Source of the DNA: Alphaproteobacteria bacterium
GTDB lineage: Bacteria; Pseudomonadota; Alphaproteobacteria; CAAGCB01; CAG-977
Length of the DNA stretch: 64,000 bases
Assembly: GCA_024407875.1 (NCBI GenBank)
Contig: JAKSVT010000001.1
Location: 117,091-181,090, forward strand
Reading direction: 5' to 3'
Shown: in pieces, positions 53,899-64,000 of the stretch
How positions within the stretch are numbered: the first letter of the stretch is position 1
Layout: each line of letters opens with the position of its first letter
Position numbers and translations under genes: made by a program
Notes under the pieces: generated by a model
Database searches by the model: none
Told to the model about the DNA's origin: nothing
What the model saw: only the letters and a program-made list of their open reading frames with translations

Positions 53899-55230
53899 AT
53901 GAAAATAAAGCAGATTATCTTTATTATATTTTTATTCTTTGCCCAAAGCCATTATGCTTTTGGGCAAAGTGTATCTTTGATTAGAGATGAAGAAATAGAA
54001 AAAGCTATTCATGAATTTTTAGTCCCTCTATTTAAAGCAGCAAATCTAGATACTAGCAATATAGGCATTAATTTAGTTAAAGATGATTCAATAAATGCTT
54101 TTGCAACTTCAGGACTTAATATTTTTATTAATACAGGTTTATTAATGAAAGCAAGTAGTGGCCAAGAAGTTATAGCTGTTTTAGCTCATGAAACAGGACA
54201 CATTAGTGGAGGCCATATTTTAAGACTTTATGATAATATTCAAATAGCACAAAGAAATACTTTAATATCTGTTGTTGCAGGTGTGTTAGCTGGGTTAGCA
54301 TCAGGATCTCCAGATGTTGCAACAGGAATGTTAATGGGCGGAATTTATTCTGCTCAGGGTGTTTTAGCAGGATATAGAAGAGCTGAAGAAAGTGCAGCAG
54401 ATCAAACAGCTGTAAGTTTGTTAAAAAAGACTGGACATGATTTGTCAGGATTTGCAGGAATAATGAAAAAATTAAAAACTCAAGAAGACTTATATAGGGA
54501 TGATAATTTTGCTTTGTGGCAAACTCATCCTATGGTTAAAGAAAGACTTGAGTTAATTTTACAACAAAGTTTTCCTGCTCAAGATACAAATAGAATAGCA
54601 AGAGAAAATAAATTATTTGATAGAATAAGAGCTAAGCTTATAGGTTTTTTAGCTGATGTAAAAACTATCGATAGACTTTATAAAAATGATGATTCCATAA
54701 ATGGTAAATATGCAAAAGTTTTAAAATATTATAGAATAATGCAACATGATAAAGCTCAAAATTTAATTGATGAACTAATAAAATTAGAGCCTAAAAATCC
54801 GTATTTCTATGAATTAAAAGGACAAATGTTGTTTGAAACAGGTAATGGTGTTAAAGCAATTAGTCCTTATAGAAAAGCAGTAGAATTAAATCCTAAGAGT
54901 GAATTATTACGAGTAGGTTTAGCACAAGCTTTATTAAGTGATGATAACGAAGAAACAAATAAAGCTTTAACAAAAGAAGCCATAGATGTTTTAACTCCTT
55001 TAATGAATGAACTTCCTATGATATGGCACTTAAAAGCTGTGGCTTATGGAAGATTAGGAAATATTGCGTACGCTAATTATGCATTAATGGAATATAATAT
55101 AAGTTTAAATAATAAAAAGTTAGCTTTAGATTTTGCAAAAAAAATTCAAAAGGAATTACCTGAAACGCATCCTTATTATGTAAGAGCATCAGATGTTTTA
55201 AGTATCGTTTCTGAAAACCAAAAATTCTAA
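53899..55230 (+). CDS. M48 metalloprotease with TPR domain (BepA-like)
   Basis: Signal peptide, HExxH motif LAHETGHISGGH, and C-terminal TPR repeats. Confidence 0.7.
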   Translation: MKIKQIIFIIFLFFAQSHYAFGQSVSLIRDEEIEKAIHEFLVPLFKAANLDTSNIGINLVKDDSINAFATSGLNIFINTGLLMKASSGQEVIAVLAHETGHISGGHILRLYDNIQIAQRNTLISVVAGVLAGLASGSPDVATGMLMGGIYSAQGVLAGYRRAEESAADQTAVSLLKKTGHDLSGFAGIMKKLKTQEDLYRDDNFALWQTHPMVKERLELILQQSFPAQDTNRIARENKLFDRIRAKLIGFLADVKTIDRLYKNDDSINGKYAKVLKYYRIMQHDKAQNLIDELIKLEPKNPYFYELKGQMLFETGNGVKAISPYRKAVELNPKSELLRVGLAQALLSDDNEETNKALTKEAIDVLTPLMNELPMIWHLKAVAYGRLGNIAYANYALMEYNISLNNKKLALDFAKKIQKELPETHPYYVRASDVLSIVSENQKF

Positions 55231-55245
55231 ATAGGAGTATTATTT

Positions 55246-55605
55246 ATGTTAAATTGTTTGTGGGTAGGATTAGGTGGATTTTTAGGATCAGTGCTTAGAT
55301 ATCTATTAGGTTTTGTTAATTTGCATACAAAACTTCCTATAAATACATTGATTATAAATGTAGTTGGATCATTAGCTATAGGTGTTATTGCTGCATTATC
55401 TTATAAATATTTAGATGCTAATCAACCTTTAAAATTGTTTTTAAAAGTTGGCGTTTGTGGAGGTTTTACAACGTTTTCAACTTTTGCTTTAGAAACACAA
55501 CAATTAGTTCAAAACGGGCATTCGTATATGGCAATGGGATATATTATTTTGAGTGTTGTTTTATCAGTTTTAGCTGTGGCTGTTGCCGAAAGATTGTTTC
55601 AATAG
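55246..55605 (+). CDS. crcB: fluoride channel CrcB/FluC
   Basis: 119 aa with 4 TM segments. The N-terminus LGGFLGSVLRY and GFCGGFTTFSTF are typical. Confidence 0.85.
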   Translation: MLNCLWVGLGGFLGSVLRYLLGFVNLHTKLPINTLIINVVGSLAIGVIAALSYKYLDANQPLKLFLKVGVCGGFTTFSTFALETQQLVQNGHSYMAMGYIILSVVLSVLAVAVAERLFQ

Positions 55606-55678
55606 TTAGAATAAAATCTTGTGTTACGACAAAATAAGTCGTATTTTATAAGCGTTAATAATATAAGGAAATACAATC

Positions 55679-56686
55679 ATGGCTGAAAAAAAATCTAAAG
55701 ATATGACTTATGCTAAAATTAGCTCTTTACTTAAATTAGCAATGGAAATGCAAGGAAGAGCTATGTCATTAGATGAAATTGCTCAGGAATATAATGTTTG
55801 TAGAAGAACTGCTGAACGTATGCGTGATGCTTTGTTTTATACATTTCAGAATGAATTTGAAGAGGTAAAAAATTACGGCGATCGTATTAAACGGTGGAAG
55901 ATAAATAGCAATTCTATAAAAGCTATGGTTAATTTTAAAGCAGAACATATAAAAGCATTAAATTCTGCTAAAAATGCTTTAAAAGCAACAGGGATGGATC
56001 ATGATCATGAAGTTTTAAAAGAAGTTATTAGCCAGATTGAAGTTATTAGAGAAAAAAAAGCAAAAATTGATACAGATGCTGAAGCTTTAATGGCTTCTGA
56101 GGGTATTGCTTTTCGTCCTCGTCCTGTAATTAAAATTGATGGTAAAATTTTATCAACAATACGTAATTGTATTTTAGAGTGTAATAAGGTCAAAATTACA
56201 TATAGAAAAGAAGGTAAATTAAAAGAATATACAGTAATGCCGTATGCTTTTTTATATAGTGATAGAAATAGTTATTTAGTAGCTAAAGCAGAAAATAGAG
56301 ATAAGTATCTTACATTTATGCTTTTAAAAATAGAATCCGCAAAAGATACTAATGAATATTTTGAAATGGATGAAAACTTTAATCTAAAAGAATATAGTTC
56401 TAAATCTTTTGGTGTTTTCCAGGAAGATCCTTTTGATGTTGAATGGAAATTTAACGAAAAGGTTGCTGATTATGTAAGCAATTTTGTGTTCCATCCAAAT
56501 CAAGAAATGATAAAAAATGAAGACGGAACTTTAAGTGTTAAATTTAAAGCCGGTGGTGTACTAGAAATGGCTTGGTATTTAGCAACTTGGGGAAGAACTG
56601 TTGAAGTTGTTCAACCTAGCGATTTTTGGGAAAGAGCTGAAAAAGCAGAAGACGAATATTTTGATAAATTAGAAAAAGGCTTTTAA
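55679..56686 (+). CDS. WYL-domain transcriptional regulator (YafY/PafBC/DriD-like; HTH-WYL-WCX)
   Basis: N-terminal wHTH (ISSLLKLAMEMQGRAMSLDEIAQEYNVCRRTAERMRDAL), a WYL core (KITYRKEGKLKEYTVMPYAFLYSDRNSYLVAKAENRDKYLTFMLLKI) and a WCX-like C-terminus. Confidence 0.65.
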   Translation: MAEKKSKDMTYAKISSLLKLAMEMQGRAMSLDEIAQEYNVCRRTAERMRDALFYTFQNEFEEVKNYGDRIKRWKINSNSIKAMVNFKAEHIKALNSAKNALKATGMDHDHEVLKEVISQIEVIREKKAKIDTDAEALMASEGIAFRPRPVIKIDGKILSTIRNCILECNKVKITYRKEGKLKEYTVMPYAFLYSDRNSYLVAKAENRDKYLTFMLLKIESAKDTNEYFEMDENFNLKEYSSKSFGVFQEDPFDVEWKFNEKVADYVSNFVFHPNQEMIKNEDGTLSVKFKAGGVLEMAWYLATWGRTVEVVQPSDFWERAEKAEDEYFDKLEKGF

Positions 56687-57583
56687 TTATAAAGCTAAAG
56701 CTTTTTGAACTTCTTGTAAATCTATCCAAGCATTAGCTTTTTGTTGAGGCATTCTTAATAAGAATGAAGGGTGAAATGTTGGCATAGAAGGAATAGTGTA
56801 TTCCCCAATAGTAATCTTTTGCCATTTACCTCTTAATGCTGTAATACCTACGCTTGTTTTTAAAACACATTGAGAAGCAACACCTCCCATAAGCATAATA
56901 ACTTTAGGATTAATTAATTCTATATGTTTAAAAACAAATGGTGCAAACATAGCCATTTCATCAAGTGTTGGAGTTCTATTAAAAGGTGGTCTCCAAGGCA
57001 AAATGTTCGTAATATATGTGTTAGATAAGTCTTGTTTAATCGCAATTAACATCTTGTCTAATAATTTACCAGCATCTCCAACAAAAGGAAGTCCTTCTAA
57101 ATCCTCATGTTCTCCGGGAGCTTCACCTATGACCATTAATTTAGCTTTAGGATTACCTTTTGCAAAAACTAAATTATTAGCTTTTTCTTTTAATGAACAA
57201 AATTCAAATTTGCTTATATTTTCCCTTAACTCTTCTAGTGAATTAGACATTTTTGCTAATTCTTTAGCACGATTTATAGCTTCTTCTAAATTTGAAGTTT
57301 GACTTTGTTGTATTGGTAAAGATGTTGTTTTTACAGGTTGTGGTTTTGCTATAATAGGAGCCTTAGTAGATGTTTGATAATAAACCTCTTCTTTTGGCTT
57401 TGAAATATTGCTTGGAGCTTTATAAGCAGGAGCTGAAGGTAAACGATATGTTGGAGTGCTTTGTGCTAGCTCTAAACGATTCGCGACATCATCGCTGATG
57501 CATTCATCAGCGCCAGCTTCAATAAGCCATTGTAATACAGCAAAATTATTAATCTTTTCGTTCATGGGCGATACATATATCAT
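56687..57583 (-). CDS. uracil-DNA glycosylase superfamily protein (family 4-like, GEAPG motif) with N-terminal extension
   Basis: The C-terminal ~180 aa contain MVIGEAPGEHEDLEGLPFVGDAGKLL and HPSFLLR. It lacks the usual family-4 Fe-S cysteine cluster. Confidence 0.6.
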   Translation of the reverse strand: MIYVSPMNEKINNFAVLQWLIEAGADECISDDVANRLELAQSTPTYRLPSAPAYKAPSNISKPKEEVYYQTSTKAPIIAKPQPVKTTSLPIQQSQTSNLEEAINRAKELAKMSNSLEELRENISKFEFCSLKEKANNLVFAKGNPKAKLMVIGEAPGEHEDLEGLPFVGDAGKLLDKMLIAIKQDLSNTYITNILPWRPPFNRTPTLDEMAMFAPFVFKHIELINPKVIMLMGGVASQCVLKTSVGITALRGKWQKITIGEYTIPSMPTFHPSFLLRMPQQKANAWIDLQEVQKALAL

Positions 57584-57670
57584 ATTTTTTTTGTAATTGC
57601 TTGATTTTTTTATAAATAGAGAACAAAATGTATCAAATTACTATGATTTTTCTATATAGGATTACAATAA

Positions 57671-59470
57671 ATGCTAGGTGTTAAAGAAATAAAAAACATT
57701 ATAGTTTCGACAATGTTTGCTAGTACTTTTTTGCTTTGTGAGAATAGTTTTGCAAATGTTACACAGGAAGATAAAGAAAGTTCAGAAAAGTCTTCTGTAA
57801 GTGCTCCTATATCTAATATTTCAATAGACACTTATTTGTTGTCTCAGCAAGCAAAAAGGGATTTAAATTATTCTGAAGCTATAAGTTATTTGTATGCAGC
57901 GCTTCAAGAAGATCCAAATAATAATAATTTAAAAGAAGAACTATTTTCTTTGTTGTCTTATGAAGGAAGAATTGATGAAGCATATAAATTTTCTGATGTA
58001 GATGATTCTGAAAAGAAAAATAATTTACTTCATATATTAGTTTCTTACGCTTTTGAATTAAAAAATAATCATTATAAAAAAGCTTTGAAATACATAGATT
58101 TATTAGAAAAAGACGATAATGTAAAGATGTTGGCTCCTATGTTCCGTTGTTGGGTTTATATAGCAATGGGTAAAGAAGGAACAGCAATTGATGAATTAGA
58201 AAAATTAAGTAATGAAAAAGCGTTCTATCATTTTAATAGAGCTATGATGTTCGATTATTTGAAAAAAATCGATGAAGCTGATGAAGAATTTAAAGATTTA
58301 TTAGATTTGCCTAGTGGACTTACTTTAAGAGTAGCTCAAGTTTATGGAAATTTCTTGATTAGAAGAAATAAGATGAGTGTGTTTGATTCTATGCTTGAAG
58401 CATACAGAAGATTGGATACATCATATGCTATGAAAGATGAATTGTTCTTTACTAGAGGAAATAAAATTGAAAGTGGACGTGTAGATCCTATTATTAAAGA
58501 TCCTAAAGCTGGTGTAAGTGATGTATTTTTTGGATTAGCAGGTTCATTTAAAGCAAGGGATCAAGAAGATTTATCAATATTCTTTATTAGATTGTCGTTA
58601 TATTTAGATAATAAATTATCTTTGGCAAAATTCTTGCTTGCAGAATTGCATGAGAAAAAAGGAAGATTTGATAAAGCTATAGAAATTTATAAAAGTGAAA
58701 CAGAAAAATCAGATATTTATTTAGCATCTAGAATGAAATTGGCAAATATATATTTGAAGATGAAAAATTATGCAGAAGCAGAAAATGTTTTGTTAGATTT
58801 GGTTAAAAAGAAACAAGATTCTGCTTATATATGGTCAGATTTAGGTGCAACTTATGTATCAAAAGAAGACTATGATAAAGCCGTTGATGCCTATAGTAAT
58901 GCAATTAAGTATATGCCTAATGAAAAAGTTTCAAAGTATTTACTCTATTATTATAGGGGAATTGCTTATGATAAAAAAGGTCAATGGGAATTGGCCGAAG
59001 CAGATTTTAAAAAAGCTATAAGCATATTTGATAAAGATAGTTTTTTGCTTAATTATTTGGGTTATTCTTGGTTAGAAAAGAAGATAAATATTGCAAAAGC
59101 AAATGAGTTATTAGATAAAGCAATTAGATTAGAACCAAATAATTATTCAATAATTGATTCTGTTGGTTTTGGAGCGTATTTACAACATAATTATGAAAAA
59201 GCCTTAATTATGTTAGAAAAAGCAACAGCATTAGGAGCAGGTAGTGGTGTTGTAAATGCTCATTTGGGAGATGTTTATTGGAAAGTGGGCAGAAAAAGAG
59301 AAGCTCAATATCAATGGCGTAAAGCTTTAGATGTTAATGACGATTTTCCAAATGGAGAAAAAGAAAAAGTCCAAAGAAAGCTTGAAATAGGTTTGGATGA
59401 ATTCGAAAAAGAAGTTGAATTAAAAGCAAATTCAAACAAAAAAAAGGTAAAGAATAATAGGAAAATTTAA
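57671..59470 (+). CDS. tetratricopeptide-repeat protein (secreted)
   Basis: Signal peptide and multiple TPR units. It is immediately upstream of ispE and overlaps its start. Confidence 0.6.
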   Translation: MLGVKEIKNIIVSTMFASTFLLCENSFANVTQEDKESSEKSSVSAPISNISIDTYLLSQQAKRDLNYSEAISYLYAALQEDPNNNNLKEELFSLLSYEGRIDEAYKFSDVDDSEKKNNLLHILVSYAFELKNNHYKKALKYIDLLEKDDNVKMLAPMFRCWVYIAMGKEGTAIDELEKLSNEKAFYHFNRAMMFDYLKKIDEADEEFKDLLDLPSGLTLRVAQVYGNFLIRRNKMSVFDSMLEAYRRLDTSYAMKDELFFTRGNKIESGRVDPIIKDPKAGVSDVFFGLAGSFKARDQEDLSIFFIRLSLYLDNKLSLAKFLLAELHEKKGRFDKAIEIYKSETEKSDIYLASRMKLANIYLKMKNYAEAENVLLDLVKKKQDSAYIWSDLGATYVSKEDYDKAVDAYSNAIKYMPNEKVSKYLLYYYRGIAYDKKGQWELAEADFKKAISIFDKDSFLLNYLGYSWLEKKINIAKANELLDKAIRLEPNNYSIIDSVGFGAYLQHNYEKALIMLEKATALGAGSGVVNAHLGDVYWKVGRKREAQYQWRKALDVNDDFPNGEKEKVQRKLEIGLDEFEKEVELKANSNKKKVKNNRKI

Positions 59471-60354
59471 TGGAAAAAATACAAATAACAGCTCCTGCTA
59501 AAGTAAACTTATATTTACATGTTGTTGGAAAAAGACAAGATGGCTATCATTTGTTAGATAGTTTGTTTGTGTTTACTGAATTTGGTGATGTTATAAGTGT
59601 TGAAGAAAGTGATAGTTTTTCATTAGAAGTAATAAATTCAATTAATAAAAATAATATTACAAAAGATGAAACTTTCTTATCAAATGGTCCTGATAATATA
59701 GTTTATAAAGCAGCATTTGCTTTGGCTAATAAATTAAATGTTGAGTGTAAAGCAAAGATCGTTTTAGAAAAAAAATTGCCTTTAGCTAGTGGAATCGGTG
59801 GAGGTTCTACAGATGCAGGAGCTACTTTAATAGCTTTGCAAAAATTATGGAAAAAAGAATTAGAAAAAGAAGAGCTAATGAAATTAGCTTTAGAGCTAGG
59901 GGCTGATGTGCCTTCTTGTATTGAAAAGAAACCTGTACAAGTTTCTGGAATAGGGGAAGTGTTAGAAGTTGCTAAAAAAATACCTAATATGTCAATTTTA
60001 TTAGTTAATCCAAATAAACCTGTATCAACACCATTAGTGTTTAAAACAAGAAAACCCGTTTTTTCAAAACCAATGCCTTTAACTATGGCATATTCTTCAG
60101 TTTTTGAATTTGTAAATCAATTAAAATTACGTCACAATGATTTAGAAAATGCAGCTTGTGAATTAGAACCAAGTGTAAGAGAAGTTTTAAATTATTTTGA
60201 TAAGACAGAAAATTGCTTGTTTAGAGCGATGTCTGGATCAGGAGGAACTTGTTTTGGTATTTATAAAGATATTGAAACAGCTAATTTAGCAAAAGAAAGA
60301 GTATGTAAAGCTCATCCACATTGGTGGGTAGAAGCTACGAATATTTTGCAATAA
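59470..60354 (+). CDS. ispE: 4-diphosphocytidyl-2-C-methyl-D-erythritol kinase
   Basis: GHMP kinase motif PLASGIGGGSTDAGATL in 294 aa. Confidence 0.85.
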   Translation: MEKIQITAPAKVNLYLHVVGKRQDGYHLLDSLFVFTEFGDVISVEESDSFSLEVINSINKNNITKDETFLSNGPDNIVYKAAFALANKLNVECKAKIVLEKKLPLASGIGGGSTDAGATLIALQKLWKKELEKEELMKLALELGADVPSCIEKKPVQVSGIGEVLEVAKKIPNMSILLVNPNKPVSTPLVFKTRKPVFSKPMPLTMAYSSVFEFVNQLKLRHNDLENAACELEPSVREVLNYFDKTENCLFRAMSGSGGTCFGIYKDIETANLAKERVCKAHPHWWVEATNILQ

Positions 60355-60374
60355 TTTATGATGTTTTTTATTCG

Positions 60375-60404
60375 TTGACAAAGCAACTTGTTTTAATTTA
60401 ATAT
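60375..60404 (+). promoter_or_regulatory. putative sigma70-like promoter for rpe
   Basis: TTGACA (60375-60380), then a 17-18 nt spacer, then ttaata/taatat. It lies 30 bp upstream of the rpe start. Confidence 0.3.
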
Positions 60405-60434
60405 CAAGGCGAGTTTTTTTATAAGGTTTTTAAC

Positions 60435-61076
60435 ATGAGTATTAAAATAGCACCAAGTATTTTGTCTGCCGATTTTTCTAGATTGGGCGAAGAGATTACG
60501 GCTATAGATAAAGCCGGAGCTGATTATATCCATATTGACGTTATGGATGGTCATTTCGTACCTAATATAACTTTTGGTGCTCCTGTTGTAAAAGCTGTTC
60601 GTAAAGCAACAGATAAAGTTTTTGATGTTCATTTAATGATAGAACCTGTTTCTAATTTTATAGATGCTTTTGCAAAGGCTGGTGCTGATATTATTACGGT
60701 TCATGCTGAAGCTGATAAACATTTAGATAGACTACTTCAACAAATTAAATCTTATGGAATAAAAGCTGGTGTAGCTTTAAATCCGTCTACTCCAGAAAGT
60801 GTTTTAGAGTATGTTTTAGATAAGATTGATTTAGTTTTGATAATGACAGTGAACCCAGGTTTCGGGGGGCAAAGTTTTATTGGTTCTCAATTGGAAAAAA
60901 TGAAAAGAGTTAAACAAATGATTCAAAATCGTCCAATAGAAATTGAAGTAGATGGTGGTGTCAATAAAGATACTGCTAAATTATGTGTAAGCGCAGGTGC
61001 AGACGTTTTGGTTGCAGGAAGTGCTGTATTTAACGATGGTAATTATGCAAAAAATATTGAAGCTTTAAGAGGTTAA
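60435..61076 (+). CDS. rpe: ribulose-phosphate 3-epimerase
   Basis: 213 aa with the metal-binding His/Asp pattern ([12 protein letters not shown]...HLM). Confidence 0.9.
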   Translation: MSIKIAPSILSADFSRLGEEITAIDKAGADYIHIDVMDGHFVPNITFGAPVVKAVRKATDKVFDVHLMIEPVSNFIDAFAKAGADIITVHAEADKHLDRLLQQIKSYGIKAGVALNPSTPESVLEYVLDKIDLVLIMTVNPGFGGQSFIGSQLEKMKRVKQMIQNRPIEIEVDGGVNKDTAKLCVSAGADVLVAGSAVFNDGNYAKNIEALRG

Positions 61077-61082
61077 TGTTTT

Positions 61083-61796
61083 ATGACTAAAATAATGATT
61101 GTTGAAGATGAAGCAGATATTTGTACATTATTACAATATAATTTGTTTAATGCAGGGTTCGAAGTTATGTTCGAACAAAATGGCGGAAAAGCTATAGATA
61201 CAATTCGTAAATTCCAACCAGATTTATTATTATTGGATAGAATGCTTCCTGAAAAAGATGGGATTACAATTTGTGCAGAGATTCGTGCAGATGATGATTT
61301 GCGTAATTTGCCAATTATTATGCTTACAGCTTTAAGTTCAGAAAAGGATAAAGTAGAAGGTTTAGCTACGGGTGCCGATGATTATGTAACAAAACCATTT
61401 TCTGTTCCAGAGCTAATTGCAAGAATTCGTGCTATGCTCCGTAGAATGCAACCTGTACAAAATGAAGATGATGTAGAAATTTACCAGTTTGAAGATGTAT
61501 CTGTTGATATGGTGAAACGTAGGGTAATGCGTGGTAAGCGCTATATTCATTTAGGCCCGACAGAATTCAAATTATTGGTAATTTTAATTAAACAACCAAG
61601 AGTTGTTTTCTCAAGAGAAGCTTTGTTAAAAGAAGTTTGGGGAAATGATATTCATGTTGAATTAAGAACTGTTGATGTTCACATTCGTCGTTTACGTAAA
61701 GCAATGAATGAAGGTGGAGAAAGTGATGTAATTAGAACAGTTCGTTCAGGTGGATATTCAATTGATAATAATATTCCTGAAGAAGAATTAGAATAG
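61083..61796 (+). CDS. phoB: OmpR/PhoB-family response regulator (PhoB-like)
   Basis: It is collinear with E. coli PhoB, including GADDYVTKPFS, GPTEFKLL and RTVDVHIRRLRKA. Confidence 0.7.
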   Translation: MTKIMIVEDEADICTLLQYNLFNAGFEVMFEQNGGKAIDTIRKFQPDLLLLDRMLPEKDGITICAEIRADDDLRNLPIIMLTALSSEKDKVEGLATGADDYVTKPFSVPELIARIRAMLRRMQPVQNEDDVEIYQFEDVSVDMVKRRVMRGKRYIHLGPTEFKLLVILIKQPRVVFSREALLKEVWGNDIHVELRTVDVHIRRLRKAMNEGGESDVIRTVRSGGYSIDNNIPEEELE

Positions 61797-61829
61797 TTGA
61801 AATTTTAATCAAAAAATTAAAATAAACTA

Positions 61830-61856
61830 TTGACAATTTACCCCTTAAAATACGAT
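61830..61856 (+). promoter_or_regulatory. putative sigma70-like promoter for aspS
   Basis: TTGACA (61830-61835), then 15 nt, then tacgat. A strong RBS aggaagg lies before ATG 61908. Confidence 0.3.
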
Positions 61857-61907
61857 AACTAATCATTAAATTTTATTTTTTTGTTTAATATAAGGAAGGT
61901 ACTTTCC

Positions 61908-63701
61908 ATGCATGCATATCGTTCGCATACTTGCGGTGAATTGCGTTTAGCAAATGTCGGACAAACAGTTCGTTTGTCAGGCTGGATTCATCGTAAAAGA
62001 GATCACGGTAATTTGATTTTTATCGATTTGCGCGACCATTACGGCTTAACACAATGTGTATTTGATGTTTCAAGCCCAGTATTTAAAATTTTGGAACGTT
62101 GTCGTCCAGAATCTGTTATCTGTGTTACAGGTCATGTTGTAAAACGTGAAGGTGATACAATTAATAAGAATTTGGCAACAGGTGAAATAGAAGTTTATGT
62201 TGATGAAGCAAAAGTTTTATCAGAAGCTGATATTTTGCCATTACAAGTAGCTGGTGATTTTGAACAACCAGAAGATGCTCGTATGCGTTATCGTTTCTTA
62301 GACTTACGTCGTGAAAAATTACACAATAATATGATTTTACGTTCAAAAGTTATTGCTTCTGCACGTCGTCGTATGATTGAACAAGGATTTATTGAATATC
62401 AAACACCAATTTTGACAGCTTCTTCTCCAGAAGGTGCTCGTGACTTCTTGGTACCTTCTCGTTTACATCCAGGTCAATTCTACGCATTACCACAAGCTCC
62501 ACAACAATTTAAGCAATTGTTGATGGTCTCTGGTTTTGACCGTTATTTCCAAATTGCACCATGCTTCAGAGATGAAGATAGCCGTGCAGATCGTTCACCT
62601 GGTGAATTCTATCAATTAGACTTTGAAATGTCATTTGTAACTCAAGATGATGTATTCAATGCAATTGAACCTGTATTAGAAGGTATCTTTAATGAATTTG
62701 CAAATGGACGTAAAGTAACACCAGCTCCATTCCCACGCATTCCTTTCCAAGAAGCTATGTTAAAGTATGGTTCTGATAAGCCTGATTTACGTAACCCATT
62801 GATTATTTCAGATGTTTCTGAAATCTTCCGCAATTCAGGTTTTGCTATTTTTGCAAAAGCTGTTGAAAATGGTTCTTTGGTTCGTGCAATTCCTGCACCT
62901 GGTGCTGCAGCAAAACCACGTAGTTGGTTTGATAAGATGAATTCATGGGCTCATGAAATCGGATTGCCAGGCATTGGCTTTATTACATATACAGCAGAAG
63001 GTCCAAAAGGCGCTATTGCTAAGAATTTGGATGAAGATCGTATCAATCAAATTAAAGCTACATGTGGCGTTAAAGAAGGTGATGCTGTATTCTTCGTATG
63101 TGAAAAGAAGGGTAAAGTTGAGAAGTTTGCTGGTCAAGCTCGTTTACACATTGGTGATCAATTGGATTTGTGTGAAAAAGGAATCTTTAAGTTCTGCTGG
63201 ATTACAGATTTCCCAATGTACGAATTAGACGAAGAAACAGGTAAGATTATATTCTCTCATAACCCATTCTCAATGCCACAAGGCGAAATGGATGCTCTTA
63301 TGAATATGAACCCATTAGATATTAAAGCATATCAATATGATATTGTTGTTAATGGTATTGAATTGTCTTCAGGAGCTATTCGTAACCATCGTCCTGACAT
63401 TATGTACAAAGCATTTGAAATTGCTGGTTATGGTCCAGAAGTTGTTGAACGCAAGTTCGGCGGAATGTTGAATGCATTTAAGTATGGTGCTCCTCCTCAC
63501 GGTGGTGCAGCTCCTGGTATCGACCGTATGGTTATGTTATTAGCTGATGAACCAAATATTCGTGAAGTTATTTTGTTCCCAATGAATGGTATGGCTCAAG
63601 ATTTAATGATGCAAGCACCATGCGAAGTAACACCTCAACAATTGAAGGAATTGCATATTAAAGTTGATATGCCAAAGACTGTTGAAGTTGAGAAAAAATA
63701 A
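61908..63701 (+). CDS. aspS: aspartate--tRNA ligase
   Basis: Class II aaRS motifs ([12 protein letters not shown]; [16 protein letters not shown]). The likely start is the ATG at 61908 ([13 protein letters not shown]), not the track start at 61881. Confidence 0.9.
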   Translation: MHAYRSHTCGELRLANVGQTVRLSGWIHRKRDHGNLIFIDLRDHYGLTQCVFDVSSPVFKILERCRPESVICVTGHVVKREGDTINKNLATGEIEVYVDEAKVLSEADILPLQVAGDFEQPEDARMRYRFLDLRREKLHNNMILRSKVIASARRRMIEQGFIEYQTPILTASSPEGARDFLVPSRLHPGQFYALPQAPQQFKQLLMVSGFDRYFQIAPCFRDEDSRADRSPGEFYQLDFEMSFVTQDDVFNAIEPVLEGIFNEFANGRKVTPAPFPRIPFQEAMLKYGSDKPDLRNPLIISDVSEIFRNSGFAIFAKAVENGSLVRAIPAPGAAAKPRSWFDKMNSWAHEIGLPGIGFITYTAEGPKGAIAKNLDEDRINQIKATCGVKEGDAVFFVCEKKGKVEKFAGQARLHIGDQLDLCEKGIFKFCWITDFPMYELDEETGKIIFSHNPFSMPQGEMDALMNMNPLDIKAYQYDIVVNGIELSSGAIRNHRPDIMYKAFEIAGYGPEVVERKFGGMLNAFKYGAPPHGGAAPGIDRMVMLLADEPNIREVILFPMNGMAQDLMMQAPCEVTPQQLKELHIKVDMPKTVEVEKK

Positions 63702-63724
63702 TATTTTGAAAATATAATATAAGA

Positions 63725-63759
63725 TGGGGGAAGAAATAGATTTCTTTCCCCATTTTTTA
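63725..63759 (+). terminator. rho-independent terminator after aspS
   Basis: ggggaagaaa-tagat-ttctttcccc hairpin followed by attttttaa. Confidence 0.65.
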
Positions 63760-63820
63760 ATATTGAAAAGAAAACATAAATATTTTAAACTTTTTATAAG
63801 TCTTTTTATTAGGAGGGGAT

Positions 63821-64000
63821 TATGAGTTCTAATAAGATAAAAAAGTTTGAATGTAATTTTGAATATATTTTAGATAAGACAATAGAAGAAGTTGCAGATA
63901 AGGTTTCAAATCCTAATAAAATAGAATATCCTACTTATTTAGAAGATTTAGATGATTGTATTGGAGGAATTAAAACTAAACAAGTCTACCTATTAGGAGG
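63821..64000 (+). CDS. 3'-truncated ORF; possible RecA-fold ATPase (DnaB-C/RadA/AAA_25-like)
   Basis: YPTYLEDLDDCIGGIKTKQVYLLGG resembles the LDxxLGGGxxxGxL segment that precedes a Walker A motif. Only 60 aa lie in the window. Confidence 0.25.

Noticed and set aside
55231-55245. Fluoride riboswitch upstream of crcB
   Set aside because: Only 15 nt separate the upstream gene from crcB, leaving no room for the ~50-nt crcB motif. None of the conserved pseudoknot sequence is visible.
61083-61796. Assigning the response regulator as CtrA (expected given ChpT)
   Set aside because: The sequence is collinear with PhoB (RTVDVHIRRLRKA, GPTEFKLL) and lacks CtrA-specific features. CtrA is presumably encoded elsewhere.

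Overview
This is a densely coded, AT-rich chromosomal segment (GC about one third by eye, not computed) with about 54 genes. It looks alphaproteobacterial: it has a ChpT-type phosphotransferase, a DUF4167 protein, an alpha-type SerC N-terminus, and a rodZ-ispG-hisS-prfA-prmC block. Most of the window is core housekeeping. It carries deoC-deoA-deoB plus a second diverged deoA paralog, lysC, the rodZ-ispG-hisS-prfA-prmC operon, mutL, pgi, pepN, glmM, serC, an rlmD-like gene, hisH-hisF, cysE, a 2022-aa autotransporter, ABC-F, glnB-glnA, a BepA-like M48/TPR protease, crcB, ispE, rpe, phoB-like and aspS. The main candidate for an undescribed system is at 36375-39818. A ChpT-like His-phosphotransferase is translationally coupled to a 941-aa CheA-architecture protein with a degenerate ATP-binding site. 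Other regions of interest: a tRNA-Met-adjacent islet (41178-43267) holding an AAA+/DUF4143 ATPase flanked by three copies of a ~37-bp palindromic repeat and a decayed DinJ/RelB toxin-antitoxin locus; a Panacea (DUF4065) protein with a downstream membrane protein; a duplicated thymidine phosphorylase with a mutated phosphate loop; a minus-strand operon of AsmA-like giant membrane protein, MobA-like NTP-transferase and HD hydrolase; a hisH-hisF pair without hisA; an orphan type-IV pilin; and a WYL regulator convergent with a family-4 UDG. No CRISPR array, rRNA, IS transposase or integrase was seen. All domain calls are from reading motifs in the supplied translations; no searches were run.
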